A DNA stretch of 63,969 nt, the filler included, from Welwitschia mirabilis (lineage: Eukaryota): assembly GCA_051453625.1 (NCBI GenBank). It is 6 parts of one record of this genome, joined end to end, with 100 filler letters (N's around TTAATTAATTAA, not from the genome) between each part and the next. Parts side by side here need not be neighbours in the genome. Positions count along the whole stretch, not along the records: positions 1 to 29,677 come from JBOZIK010000001.1; 5 more parts are not named here. One strand, 5' to 3'. A program made the position numbers and the translations under genes. Below are positions 10,949 through 24,320 of the stretch, one piece after another (within the stretch, counting starts at the first letter, position 1; each line of letters opens with the position of its first letter). The notes beneath the pieces were generated by a model, which was given only the letters and a program-made list of their open reading frames with translations, did not search any database and had not been told where the DNA came from.

Positions 10949-12559
10949 ATATGCTTCACTATAGACCCCATGTTACTATTTCCAAAAACAACATCAAAGT
11001 CTTATTCATGATGAGAATATGAATATTCTTATATCTTGATGTTAACGTATAATAATATAAAATCATCTTAAATCTTGTGAGCTTAAACTCAAACTTCTAC
11101 AAATAAAGTAACTAGACATTTTATTTTTAATATAGTTCTAGTATCATTATTCCTCTAGTAATAGATGTGATACAAATATCAATAAATTAATATGAATGTT
11201 AATCTCATAAATAAGTAGTGTTTTAAGTTGAGAGTGCAAAGAAAATGTTGTTTGAGTAATGACCAAAATCTTGGAAATGGAACATAAATCCTAAGCACTA
11301 AAATGAATATTTAAATAAGATAACAGACTTTCATTTTATGATGTATGCCTTATTCTATATCATGCCAAGCATCAATGAGCCTCAAACATGATGACATTAT
11401 CTCATTCACCTCATAAGTAATGGCGATATCCTCAAGTCACTTTAGCCTTTATAGTATATTCCTAAGTATGAAAAGTAGGAAACTTAACCTAAAGATCATC
11501 AAATAAAATCAAATAATGAAACCAAAAAATGAATATAAAGGTTCACTAAACAGATATTGTAAACTTGACAAACATGCAAATTCACTTTAAGTATTAAAGT
11601 ATGAAGATAATCATAACTTAAAATTAAGAAATAAAACTAATAATATTCATTGCAAAAATAGAATAAGGCATTACATCATAAAAGGAAAACATCAAGCTTA
11701 AATGTCAAATTTTTTATGCTAGCCTCAAGACTATCCCATTCCCAGAAAGAGAGGAATTAGAAAGTATACATGGTACAAAGCTCTTTTAAATCCAAATCCT
11801 ATTCACTTAATGTCTTTCTAAAAAGTCTATTAATATAAAATAAGCAACTAGATCTATTTATACTTAACTTAGAACTAGAGTTTTAACATAGCCAAAAACT
11901 AGAAATAAGTTATCTTATCATGGGAAAGACAAAAGGTGAATTTTAGAGAAAAACACCTTGGGTAACTACTGACACTATGAATGTAACTAGTGCTACTAGT
12001 TTTACTATTTTAAAACAAGCCTAGCATATGGCATGTGCTTCAAAAGATGGTTTAAAGCTTGAAAATTTTATGGCATAAATCATAAAGTTAGTTATGAAAT
12101 CAAAAATAACATAAGACATATTTTCATGATTAAAATAATGAAAATTTTTATATTCTAATGGTTATTTAAATTTTTATGAAATTTAAATTATCCATTTTTG
12201 CATTGATTCTTGTCTTTTCTTTCTCCTGTTCTCGAACTAAATGTATAGTAGTAAATTTTAGTGCTTGTTTTGACCATAACTCATTTTTTGCAACTCTAAT
12301 GGTTATAAAATTTTTCTAGTAGGTTCCTTTCATGATTTATATGCTTTTATCATTAGTATGTAAAAGCCAAATTGACCTTTTAAAATCTCATTTTTGGACA
12401 TGTATAATTACATTTATAGTTTTCATTAGAAAATTTTCTAAGTGATAAAATCTTACTTTTCTTTTTTTAACAATAAATTTTTATTTTAATATTAATCCAT
12501 TTTCTAAAATTTAAGATCCTACATTATAATAGTCTTTAAGTACTTTTATAATATGTAAT

Positions 12560-13017
12560 CTATTTATTTTTAAGTTATTTATAATTTCCAAAATTATTGG
12601 TTAAAAAAGGAATGCTTGTAATTTTTGTAGTTTTTTTAAGATGAATTATTTGTATTACTTTCAATTAATTCTACTTAATCCTAAATGTTTGGTTCTACAA
12701 ACTTATTTTAAGACTTATAAAGAGTATTTTTTTTATTTTCCCTTCTATGTACTTTAAAAATTTTTCCTTGCTTAAAAATGAGTATTTCTTGATTTTCAAT
12801 AAACTTGCTTATCAAACTTACCACATACATGATATTTGGCTTCCTTATTATCAAATATATCAATCTTCCAACTAAATACTTATAAAGAGTTACATCAATT
12901 GTTTTCCTTTTCTTATTTTTAAAAAGTCTTATTACTATAATAATAGGAGTGACAACTTTATTATAATCAATCATTCTAAACCTTTTTAACACTTAATTAA
13001 TGTATTTTATTTGTAAC
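12560..13017 (-). pseudogene. Ty1/copia RT C-terminal remnant (left half of a split copia pol)
   Basis: ORF 12708-12992 LKRFRM..NKVVTP...TLYKYLVGRLIYL..RKPNIMYVVSLISKF matches copia YRSLVGSLRYLT.TRPDIMYAVSLISRF. Confidence 0.85.
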
Positions 13018-14152
13018 TAATGAACTACCAAATTGTATGTATTTGATGGGATATTATGAGCTATTTTGCATAACATTTATATAGGTTTAGAAATAATTAT
13101 GAGGATTATGAAAAATTGATTAAATATCTAAAAAAGATGCAATTCTTAGCATGATTAAAAGCATTTAAAGCATATTCTAATACATTGTGCTTTGGAGGTA
13201 GATGAATAATGAAAAAGGTTAGATTCTTTTAAATTAGAAGGATAAAGAAGACTATTGATCCCCTCTATTGTTCTCAAAATAGGTAGGATGAAAACACTAC
13301 AAATACCACATGGAAATGCTAANNNNNNNNNNNNNNNNNNNNNNNNNNNNNNNNNNNNNNNNNNNNNNNNNNNNNNNNNNNNNNNNNNNNNNNNNNNNNN
13401 NNNNNNNNNNNNNNNNNNNNNNAGGTAGGCTATCTTATTTATGTTCCTTATGTTCATGATTTTTTTTTTCTTTCATTATTCAGTTAGTTGTTTCAAAGTC
13501 ATTTTTATATTTTCTTATCATTCTAGGACCTTAGCATTTAATAGTTTCATTTCCAAGTTTTCATTCATTTTCTTTCTTACATGAGCTTTCTTAACAATTG
13601 TGTGACTTTTATTTTTAGTATTTTGGAGTTATTAAAACTACTATTAATCATTTTTATGATGGCACATTTGTTTGGCATTCATGAATCTGCTTCCTCCTCA
13701 TGAGCACATTTTCATTATCTACTCTTTTCATGCTTATTAAAATATTTCATACATCTCTATTTTTAAAATCTAACATTTCTACACTTATCTTTCACTTAAT
13801 TTCTCAAATTTTAAAATTTAAAAACACCCATCATTCAGCTTATCATTTGGACATACTAATTTTCATCTGATTTCTTTAGCTAATACAATACATATTGTTT
13901 TTCTCAAGGAAGGGAAAGACTCATTTTGAGGACTGATTTTTCATAATTTTTACACTAGAGCTTTCATGAAATATAATTTTTGCAATTTTTCACTTAATAC
14001 ACATGATGTATTACATGCTAATTTTGCTATGTGATATGTTTATGAGCTTGTTTTATAATGTTTAGATTGATTTTTTAAAGATAATTTGACTTGTAATTGT
14101 ATTTGTTCGTCTGATTTTTATTAGGGATTGACAAAGGCTAACTAGAGGCCTA

Positions 14153-15366
14153 TAATTCACTACCAAATTATATGTTTTTAATGGGTTATTATGAGCTATT
14201 TTGCTAGACATTTATATATGTTTAGATGTAATTCTAAGGATTATGAAGAATTGATGGATGAACATGGAAATATGTAATTCTTAGCATATGTGAGGTATTT
14301 CAGGTACATTTTGATGTACATGGCTTTGGATGAAGATTACTAATGTAAAAGAAAGATTCTCTTAAGTTAAAAAGATAAAAAGAACTATCATCCCCTCTAT
14401 CATCCCCATGAAAGGTAGAACAATAGCACTATAAATACCACATGGGAATGCTAATGTGAACTAGAGCCAGTTTTATTGAGTCATCTTTTATAAAGGAGTG
14501 TCATTCTCGTAGTCATCCCAATGTAACATTTAAGCTATTGTCCCCTTGATTGTTCCCACAATAGTCAGGATGACACTTATAACCACTAGCTAATCTTTAT
14601 CCATTTCATCTATTTCTTTCTTATAATTGAGCACATTTTGTAGTGCCATTTTTATGACAGTCTCACTTCTTAGCCCTATAAATAAGTTGACTCTCCTACC
14701 CATCTTCAATGCACTAGACATTCTCGTGATAGGAGATCAAAGTGCAGGAGATTCATCTCATGAGTTGCAAAAAGAAATTTCCTTAGTAAAGAGCTATGCA
14801 TTTGTCAGTGAGGCTCAGCTATTTTGTAAACTAGATGTTTGTTTGATTTTAATATAAAAATTTGTTTCATTTATGCATTTAATTTTGTTATATTTCCCTC
14901 ATGATTTATGTTGTCCTTAATTTAGTAATAGTTTCATTGATGATATTGGCATTAAGAGAAATCTTTTTGAAGGTTGAAGAAAGTATTTTAAGAATAATTT
15001 TTACATTACATTTATTTAACTCACCTAATTACTAAAGTTAGTCTTGATTAGTGACAATCTCCTTGGCTGATTTAGGTTATATAGGGTTGATCTTCTTAAC
15101 ACATCGATTCAGTCCTTAGATAGGTTTTTATTTAGATTAATTTCATTGCATTTCATTACATGTTTACTTTCTTACATTGTTCTTAAGTTAGGATATAATA
15201 TTTTCTTGGAAACTTAATTCTCCTTCTTCTCTTGCATGCCTTCGATAGGTTACAACACTTGGGTCACTTCCATTCATAGTAGATTATTATATTTTGTAAT
15301 ATATATATATATTAATTTATAGGATTTGATGAGATATAAAGAATTGTAAAAATATGCACTGCAACA
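14153..15366 (+). repeat. LTR (middle copy)
   Basis: Collinear with 21583-22736, ends gcaaca, preceded by a degenerate PPT ggctaactagaggccta and followed by a PBS. Confidence 0.88.
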
Positions 15367-15369
15367 TCA

Positions 15370-15388
15370 TGGCATCATTACCAGAGAA
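15370..15388 (+). promoter_or_regulatory. tRNA-Asp-type primer binding site (deaminated)
   Basis: tggcatcattaccagagaa derives by C>T/G>A from the Athila PBS TGGCGCCGTTGCCGGGGA. Confidence 0.75.
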
Positions 15389-16249
15389 GGTTGTAATGGG
15401 CATGAGTATTATCATTATTTAGGTGAGTAAATTGGATTTCCATTTGGTCATTTATCTATAGTGATATTATATATTTAATCAGAAATTGAAGGTTTCCTAT
15501 TCATAGTTTTCTACTTTTTGTAGTCTATAATGGCAATTTTCATCCTCTCTACCATCTCCATAATATTAAGAACAAGAACATAGATTTATTAGTTACTTTC
15601 TATCTATGAATTTGTCTTTTGGTTTCTATTTCACTAGTTAAATAACTGTCATCTCTTGAGTTTTCCCTATAACATAATGAACAATGGCTCTATTTTATTT
15701 TTAACTTTGTATTTTTAGGTTACAGTAATTATTAGTTCACTAATAATCAGTTTTTATCATCCTCTATGTCGTTCACATTATTAGATAGGACAATAGTCTA
15801 TTTTTGGCTTTCAACTTTCTACTACATTTCTATTCTCTATTTTTCCTTTTTGTTATCATCATCTCCTAAATAACTATTAGTTGTTTTTTATTTCATTTTC
15901 TATTATTTTATATTTGTAGGATGTTGTTACATAGTTAATTCAGGAAAGAAGTATCATAAAGAGAGGCTTCTGATAGAGGAAAATGTCAAAGAAGGATTAT
16001 TCGATTTGAAATTAAATTGGATCGATAATCTTTAATTACATATAATATTCCTTCAAAGTTCATTTTTTATGCATTTGATCCCATGTAAGAAAATGTTTTG
16101 GAAAATAATCTAGAAGAAGATAATAATTTTACAATATCAAACCTTATACAAAAGCAAAAGCAAGTTATAGGCTCTTTAACCCTTAGTCCTAAGGTGAATC
16201 TTACCCTTAAAGAATTAATAGCCAATAGGAAATAAGAAATTAAAACTCC

Positions 16250-18480
16250 TTTTGATTTACTCCCAGGAGATGATATTGAGTTAAAGACTTTAAATGGCTA
16301 TCCCATTTTTAGTAGTGAACATGATGAGGATCCCCTTTAATACATTATTGACAACAAAGAGTTAGTTCTTACCTCAAGAAATGGAAAGAAAAAAATTATT
16401 GATCGTAACTATATGGTTATTTTTCCAATGGCATTAAAGAAAAGACCAAAACTTTGGTTAAAAACTATATTCCACAAGATTCTAAAAATTTGGAATCAAC
16501 TCTAAGAAGTATTTATTAAAATATTTATGAATGAAGCAATGATTAAGAAAAGTAAAAAAGAAGTGACAAATTTTTAACAACAACCAAATGAAGATATGCT
16601 TCTACATATGCATGCTTCTTCATTGAAGTTTAGTCTAATTTGATAGATACTTTCACATAAGAAGAACAAGTTGACTACGTTTATAGTGGGCTCAGCCACC
16701 AAAAAAAATAACTTATATATTTCTCTTATAGTGGAAACTTAATGAACCTCACATTAAAAAATACTTGGAAAACATTAGAAGAACTTGTGGAGGTGACTCA
16801 AACTTGGCCAATATTAAAAGATAACTATACTATAGGATAATTCATCAAAGAATTGAAAGAGATAAAATAATAAAAGGAGGTGGATAAAACTAAAGATAAA
16901 CCTATAAATTTGATTTAATATTTTATAATAACTTTGGAAATATATACTGAGATGATTTTAGACATCACATTAGAAACTGAAAAAAATGTTATACCAACAT
17001 GTAACTTGTGCAATAACAACTACCACATAACTAAAGATTATTCACTTTTGTTTGCCTATAATGAAAATATACATGAAGAAGTTTGTGCTTTCAACCAAAA
17101 ATTTTCAAACTTCTATCAGTTACAACCTAGGATGAATTAATAATTCAACTTTCAAATATTTGACAATAAGTTTAAAAATTTTTAACCTTTTTAAAAAGTT
17201 TTAAAAATTCAAAATTTCAACCAAGTCCATCAAATTTTTAACATCAAGATGATTCAATTCAAAACTCCATAGATAAATTTAAAAAATTATAAGAAAAATA
17301 AAACACCAACATTAAAAACTTAGTAAATGTCCTTCAACAAACCATGTTGGTAAAACAAAGACCATAAGTATCATTGGTAATACAACCTCCCCTAAATTCC
17401 AATAAAATATAAAGAGATTATATGGTTATAACACAAAGTGTACATGAAGTGAACCCTCCTCCTTATGAAGCATCAACATTCTAAAATAATACTAGAGATG
17501 ATGAGGAAGAAAAAAATATCAAAATATTAGAAAACTATAACTTCTCTTCTCTTAATAAAAGTAAAAAGAAAAATGCTTCATAACAATAAAAAAAAAGCTA
17601 GCTACCACTTAGCTTTATAGATTTAAAACTAAGTCAACTTTCAATGAACATCTGAAAACATTGATGCAAAATATGAGCATAGAGTTATCCTTATAGAGAT
17701 TTTTATAAGAAAATCTAGGGTAATCAAAGCTATGGAAAGATTTATTTAGCTCAATTCCTTACAAACTTAGTGTTATAAAAATCTCCAACATTTAAGGATC
17801 CAGGGGTAGAAACAATGTGTGTAATATTAGAGGAAGACAAAAAAATTAAAAAAGTTTTAATTGACATTGGAGTGAGTGTTAACATCATGCCACTACACAT
17901 ATTCAAAAGACTTAGTTTAGAAGGTATAATAGAGCCTACTTATATTCTCTTAGGATTAATAGATAATTTGGTTAAGAAAGCCATAAGGGTTATCAAAGAT
18001 TTAGCTATCCAAATTGAAGAGGTATTCTACCCAATAGATGTGGTTATCATAGAATTTGAACATAATAGAGGTTACCCATTACTTCTAAGAAGAGTCTTCT
18101 ATGCAACAACTCATTGCATTATTAAAACAAAGACTAGGATGATGGAATGTCATCTATGAAATAGAAAGTTATTTATTAGAGTTTTTAATATAGCTAAGAA
18201 ATATCTAGGTGATAAATGGGACATAGAAAATAAAGTTAGACAAACTTTATTCCTTTAACATCGTCCTTTTGAAATAAAAAACTTAGAAGCCTTAGGTACA
18301 TCTAACTTTGAGCATTTAGAAAATCATTTTTTAGATTAGAATGAAGAATAATGTGTAAGAAAGTCTAACTATTAATAACAAATGAAAAATACCACTTTAA
18401 GGGAGAGTGTCCACTACATGAGTCTGAAAATCTTAATCTAAATCTGAAGAATCTTCCTAGTGGACTAAAATACATTTTTT
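16250..18480 (+). pseudogene. gag, Zn-knuckle-like motif and aspartic protease remnant, with no RT following
   Basis: FPMALKKRPKLWL (gag), TCNLCNNNYHITKDY (ORF 16934-17140), KKVLIDIGVSVNIMPL..GYPLLLRRVF (ORF 17815-18159), ending LNLKNLPSGLKYIF. Confidence 0.82.
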
Positions 18481-21400
18481 CTCTATAATGATTAGAACAA
18501 ACCTTTCATAAGTAATAAAAATATCTTTCCTAAATAAGATTCAACATTAATCTCCCTTTTAACTTTTAAAATTCATACACTCACATTATCTTATAAATAT
18601 CTATTTACTATCCTACTCTTCCTCCAATTAATTCTACTCAAAAATAGTTGTACACCTTTTATGTTCTATAAATTAATGAATATTTGGTTTGGGCCTTATT
18701 TCTCTAAAATAATGAAATATTCTAAGATCATTAACCTTATAAATAAATCCTTCTTTTTTCTTTCTTTTTAATAAAAGTGTTGAATAGGTTTTAGGATTTG
18801 AATAATTTTTTTTTTTAGTTTGCTTTGATGTTTCCTTTTTGCTCTTATTTTTTATGATTTTAACTTTGATTTTTAAGTAATAAGTTAATATATGGTTAAG
18901 TTATTAACTTTTAAAAAATTTACATTCTAATGGCCCTATTGAGATTTCTTACTTGACTACTAAATAAATTCAGAAAGTTAATGGGAAATGTTAAAAATAT
19001 ACAAGAAACCTTTTGATATAAACATGATAGAAGTGCTAGCCTTAGAGGTTTTCCTCAATGAGGATGACTGCCTTCCTATCATTTTCTAAATTTTCTCTTA
19101 TCTTTTTTCTTTGAAGGCCACTATGACATCACTTGATCATCTTTCAAACATGACTTATATATTTATTTCTATAACTAGTCTCTAACTTGGGCATTTTACA
19201 GGGGTAAGATTGGATTCACCCAATCTTATAAAATTTACATGTCTATGAACTTTTTTTTAAAGGAAGATGCTTTATTTATCATGTTTTTATCAATGATTAG
19301 AGGGTTTTTGATTGTTTAAAGATGTTCTTTTCTATATTTTATCTTATTACTTCACCTTTATCTTTTGGAATGTTTGGTTATGTGAATGTTTCATTTGTGC
19401 ACCAGAAAAAAAAATGAAATAAGACCATGATGTTTTATATTTGAGATAGCTCAAAAATATGGTCACCATGATGTCCTACCACAAGTACACTAAGGCAAAT
19501 TTTCCTAACAGGGGCTTTAGATAGTGTAATATGGTAGCTATAGGAACTCCACTGGGGGGTCAATTGGTCATGTTTCATAGGTTCTTACTTATATAACTAT
19601 GGTTGCACTCCCCTCATTATGGATAATTAAATAATAAATAATAAAAACTTTAAGTCTATAAGATTAGTGATGTTCTTGGTGTTATCAGAGATATTACTTG
19701 TTTCTAAACTCTTAGTCTTTCCACATGATTATTTTATTTCTAAGGATACAAGTGTTTGTTTTGAGATGTAAGCAAGTGAGTTCATTTTTAAGTAACTCTT
19801 TGATCTTATTATTTATTATTTAAAACATTTAATTTTTAGCATTGTCATAACCACTACCTTATAGAATGAAATTTTTTATACATCAAGAAGTACATTTTTA
19901 AATCAACTGATGTTATGATTTCTTCCATAAGAGTCTACTAGGTTAAAATTTAGGGTAGATAGTCTATCTTCTTTATGTTTTCTTATGTTCATTCTTTTTG
20001 TTTTTGTTCATTGTTTAATTAGTTATTTCAAAGTCATTTCTATATNNNNNNNNNNNNNNNNNNNNNNNNNNNNNNNNNNNNNNNNNNNNNNNNNNNNNNN
20101 NNNNNNNNNNNNNNNNNNNNNNNNNNNNNNNNNNNNNNNNNNNNNNNNNNNNNNNNNNNNNNNNNNNNNNNNNNNNNNNNNNNNNNNNNNNNNNNNNNNN
20201 NNNNNNNNNNNNNNNNNNNNNNNNNNNNNNNNNNNNNNNNNNNNNNNNNNNNNNNNNNNNNNNNNNNNNNNNNNNNNNNNNNNNNNNNNNNNNNNNNNNN
20301 NNNNNNNNNNNNNNNNNNNNNNNNNNNNNNNNNNNNNNNNNNNNNNNNNNNNNNNNNNNNNNNNNNNNNNNNNNNNNNNNNNNNNNNNNNNNNNNNNNNN
20401 NNNNNNNNNNNNNNNNNNNNNNNNNNNNNNNNNNNNNNNNNNNNNNNNNNNNNNNNNNNNNNNNNNNNNNNNNNNNNNNNNNNNNNNNNNNNNNNNNNNN
20501 NNNNNNNNNNNNNNNNNNNNNNNNNNNNNNNNNNNNNNNNNNNNNNNNNNNNNNNNNNNNNNNNNNNNNNNNNNNNNNNNNNNNNNNNNNNNNNNNNNNN
20601 NNNNNNNNNNNNNNNNNNNNNNNNNNNNNNNNNNNNNNNNNNNNNNNNNNNNNNNNNNNNNNNNNNNNNNNNNNNNNNNNNNNNNNNNNNNNNNNNNNNN
20701 NNNNNNNNNNNNNNNNNNNNNNNNNNNNNNNNNNNNNNNNNNNNNNNNNNNNNNNNNNNNNNNNNNNNNNNNNNNTTTAATAAAGAATTATTTTCTTCCT
20801 TAGATGAATTTTCTTAATAATTTTCTGATGTTTATTTTTATTCTTTTAGAGTTTGAACATTTCTATTAATCATTTTTATGATGGCATATTTGTTGGGCCT
20901 TCATGGATCTACTTCATCTTTATTAGCACATTCATTAACTATTCTTTCCATGCTTGTTAGAATATTTCATAAATATTTATTTTTCAAATTTGATATTTCC
21001 ACCTTCAGGTTTACATTTANNNNNNNNNNNNNNNNNNNNNNNNNNNNNNNNNNNNNNNNNNNNNNNNNNNNNNNNNNNNNNNNNNNNNNNNNNNNNNNNN
21101 NNNNNNNNNNNNNNNNNNNTTATTAGCACATTCATTAACTATTCTTTCCATGCTTGTTAGAATATTTTATAAATATTTATTTTTCAAATTTGATATTTCC
21201 ACCTTCAGGTTTACATTTAATTCATCAATTTTTCAAATTCAAAAACACCCATTGATTGCCTTCTCATTCCTAGCTATTTTCTTTGCTACACTAACCAATA
21301 CAAGATGCATTATTTCTCTTGGAGGAGGGCAAGACTTATTTTCATGGCTTATTTTGATAAACTTTTAAGTTATTTCATAGCTTTCAAGAGACATAATTTT

Positions 21401-21582
21401 TTTGAAATTTTCACTTCATAAACATTATGTGTTACATGTTATTTTTCTATGTGATATGTTTGAGATTATTTATGAGCCTATTTTATAATTTTTAAATTAA
21501 TATTTTTAAGATAATATGACTCACACTTATAGTTGTTTACCTAGGTTTTATCAAGAACTGACAAAAGCTAAGTGGAGGGCTA

Positions 21583-22736
21583 TGATGAGCTACTAAATTG
21601 TATGTATTTGATGGGGGCATTATGAGCTATTTTGCAAGACATTTATATAGGTTCAGATGCAATTACGAGAATTATGAATAATTGATGGAAGATCTTAGAA
21701 ATGTGTAGTTTTGGGCATGATTAGAGGCATTCAAAGTATATTCTAATATATTATGCTTAGAGGAAGATGACTAATGAAAAATTCTTGTTTTTCTTGAATT
21801 GAAAGAACAATGAAGATTTTTATCCCCTCTATCATTCCCATGATAGGTAGGATGATAACACTACAGATGCTACATGGGAATGCTAACATGGACTAGAGTC
21901 AGTACTACTAAGTCATCTTTTCTAAAGAAGTGTCATTCCCATGGTCATCTCCACAATATGTAACATGAAAAATATAACATTTGAGCCATCATCCCTTTGG
22001 TTGTCCCCATGACAGTCAGGACAATACTTGTAACTGCTAGCCAACCTTCATCCATTTCTTTCTTGTAATTAAGCATATTTTATGTGATGGTTTTGCTTCT
22101 TAGCCTTGTAAATAAGACCCTTCTTCAACTCTCCTACCCATTTTCGATGCACTAAACATTCTCATAATAGAAGATTAAAGGATGAAAGATCCATCTTATG
22201 AGTTACAGAAATACATTCTCTTGATAAAGGGTTTTGCATCTTCCATTGAGGCTTAACTATCTTATAACCCACATGCTAGTTTTGTTTTAATACAAAACTC
22301 TATTTCATTCATGAATTTATTTTAATAATATCTCCCTTATGGTTTATGTTGTCTTGATTTGGTGATAGTTTCATTAATGATATAGGTCTTAAGGGAAACC
22401 TTCATTAAGGTTGACAAAAGTAGTTTAAGGATCCTTTTTACATTACATTTATTCAACTCACCTAATAGCTTAAGTTAGTCTTGGTTATAAAAGTCTCCTT
22501 GGTTAATTTAGGTTATACAAGGTTGACCTTCTTGTTTACTTTCTTGCATTGTTCTTAAGTTAGAATATAATATTTTATTGAAAAATTAATTATCCTTCTT
22601 CTCTCACATGCCTATGATGGATTATGATGTTTAGGTAACTTCTATTCATACTAAAGTATTGTATTTTGCAATATATCTATTTTGATTTACAAGATTTGAT
22701 GAGATGTAAAGGATTGCAAAAATACACACCGCAACA
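21583..22736 (+). repeat. 3' LTR
   Basis: tgatgagc...accgcaaca, with PPT aagctaagtggagggcta immediately upstream. Confidence 0.9.
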
Positions 22737-24320
22737 GTAACCAAAAAAATCTATTTTTCTTTTTTATAACTTATATACCAAGAAAATAATGCTTCAAATT
22801 AAGATTAAATCTTTTAAATTCCTTGTCCATATCCTTTTCAAACTCTTTAAGCGTATTTTTATTATCTTTTAAATAAATTATTTCATTAACATATATGAAA
22901 ACTATTAAAGTTCCATTTTATATATTTTAAAAAAATAAATCATGCTCAAAACAATACTTTTTAAATTTAAAATATTAAACCTTGAGAAATTTCTTAAGGA
23001 CATAAAGAGATTTTTCTAGTCTTATCACTTTGCTTTATTTGCCTACAATTTCAAAACCAACAGGTTACATGCATAAATTTCTTATTCTAATTCTCCATTT
23101 AAGAATGTAGACTTCATATCCATCTAGAAAACCTTCAATCCTTTTTGTGTTGTAATTATAACAATATTTTAATAGTATCCATTTTAGAAAATGAGCATAA
23201 ACTTTATTATGATTAATACCTAGTTCTTGTTTAAATCCTTTTGATACCAATCTTACTTTATATTTACTTACATCTCATTTCATCTTGTAAATCCACTTTA
23301 CTTGAATAGATTTTTTACATTTTAATAAATTTACAAGTCCTATTATTTTTATTTTCTATTATTTTTTATTTTTATTTTCTATTTTCTATTATTTTTTTAT
23401 TTTTTATTTTTTATATTCATAGCTTTATCGTTTATAAATTTTTCAAACTAAGAGGATCACTATTAGTAGAAAGTAAAAAATTACAATCATATTTAAATAA
23501 CTATTTAGATTACTTGAAATATTACTTAATCTTCACACCTTGGCTAACATTTCCTATGATGATGATGATGATGGAGAGAAGATTCTACTTACTAGAGATG
23601 AAACTAGGGTTCTATTATCTGTTCTTTCATTTCTATAACTTTAAATTTGGAATTCAGTGTTTAGGGTGTTGTATATTTTTTTCCCTTTTTAACATTCCAT
23701 AGCCACTCTTGATCTTCATAAAACTTTACAGTCATTTTAATGATTAACTTATTATTTTCTAAATTAAGAATTCTAAAAGAATTAGATTCAACATTATACC
23801 TTATAAAAATAGTCTTATTTGCTTAATCATCTATCTTCATCTTGACAGGATTTGGTATATGTACATAAGAAGCAGATCCAAATACATACATGTGACTAAT
23901 GCTAGTTTTATCCTTTATACATTATATTTGATAGTCTTTTACTTAAACATCTATGTAGAATATGAGTAGCACAGCAAATAATGTATGTCCAAAAATCTTT
24001 AGGTAAATGTTTAGCTTTTAACCTACTTTTTCCGATATTCAATAATTTTTTGCTCTTTCTTTTAATGGTTTGATTTTGCTATGAAGTGTATCTTACTCTG
24101 AATTATCTTCATATATTATGATTTGCATAAAATTTATAAAATTAATGTGATAAATATTCTTCTCTTCTATTAATATGAAATACTTTAATGTAAGAACCAC
24201 CTTAATTTTCAATCAAGGACTTAAATTATTTAAACTTAATAAAAGTTCCTATCTTTTATTTAATATGATAAATAAAATTTTTCTACTAATATCACTAATA
24301 AAGATTAAAATTATCTTTTA
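22737..24320 (-). pseudogene. Ty1/copia integrase-RT remnant (right half of the split copia pol)
   Basis: LVSKGFKQELGINHNKVYA (RT; ORF 23065-23250); AKHLPKDFW..CATHILHRC and a DRGGEY-like RREEYLS (integrase core). INT lies upstream of RT, the copia order. Confidence 0.85.

Larger units (their letters stand above)
13018..22736 (+). mobile_element. Athila-related non-autonomous LTR element with three LTR copies, inserted in a copia RT
   Basis: Perfect TSD GTAAC (13013-13017 and 22737-22741). LTR copies at 13018-13322 (cut by a gap), 14153-15366 and 21583-22736. The copia reading continues across the insertion. Confidence 0.88.

Noticed and set aside
10949..12523. Tekay-like solo LTR ending in ...gatcctaca
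   Set aside because: The composition is LTR-like, but I found no second terminus, TSD or partner copy.
19467..19625. Hammerhead ribozyme (retrozyme) in the conserved 3' block
   Set aside because: No CUGANGA/GAAA core with compatible stems is visible in any of the three copies.
20920..21219. Near-identical direct repeats flanking N gaps (also 40923-41151 and 54218-54404)
   Set aside because: They are almost identical and abut 100-N gaps, which is typical of unmerged contig overlaps.
23340..23420. tatttt(c)t tandem-like tract
   Set aside because: It is a low-complexity slippage expansion inside a dead copia RT with no discrete unit.
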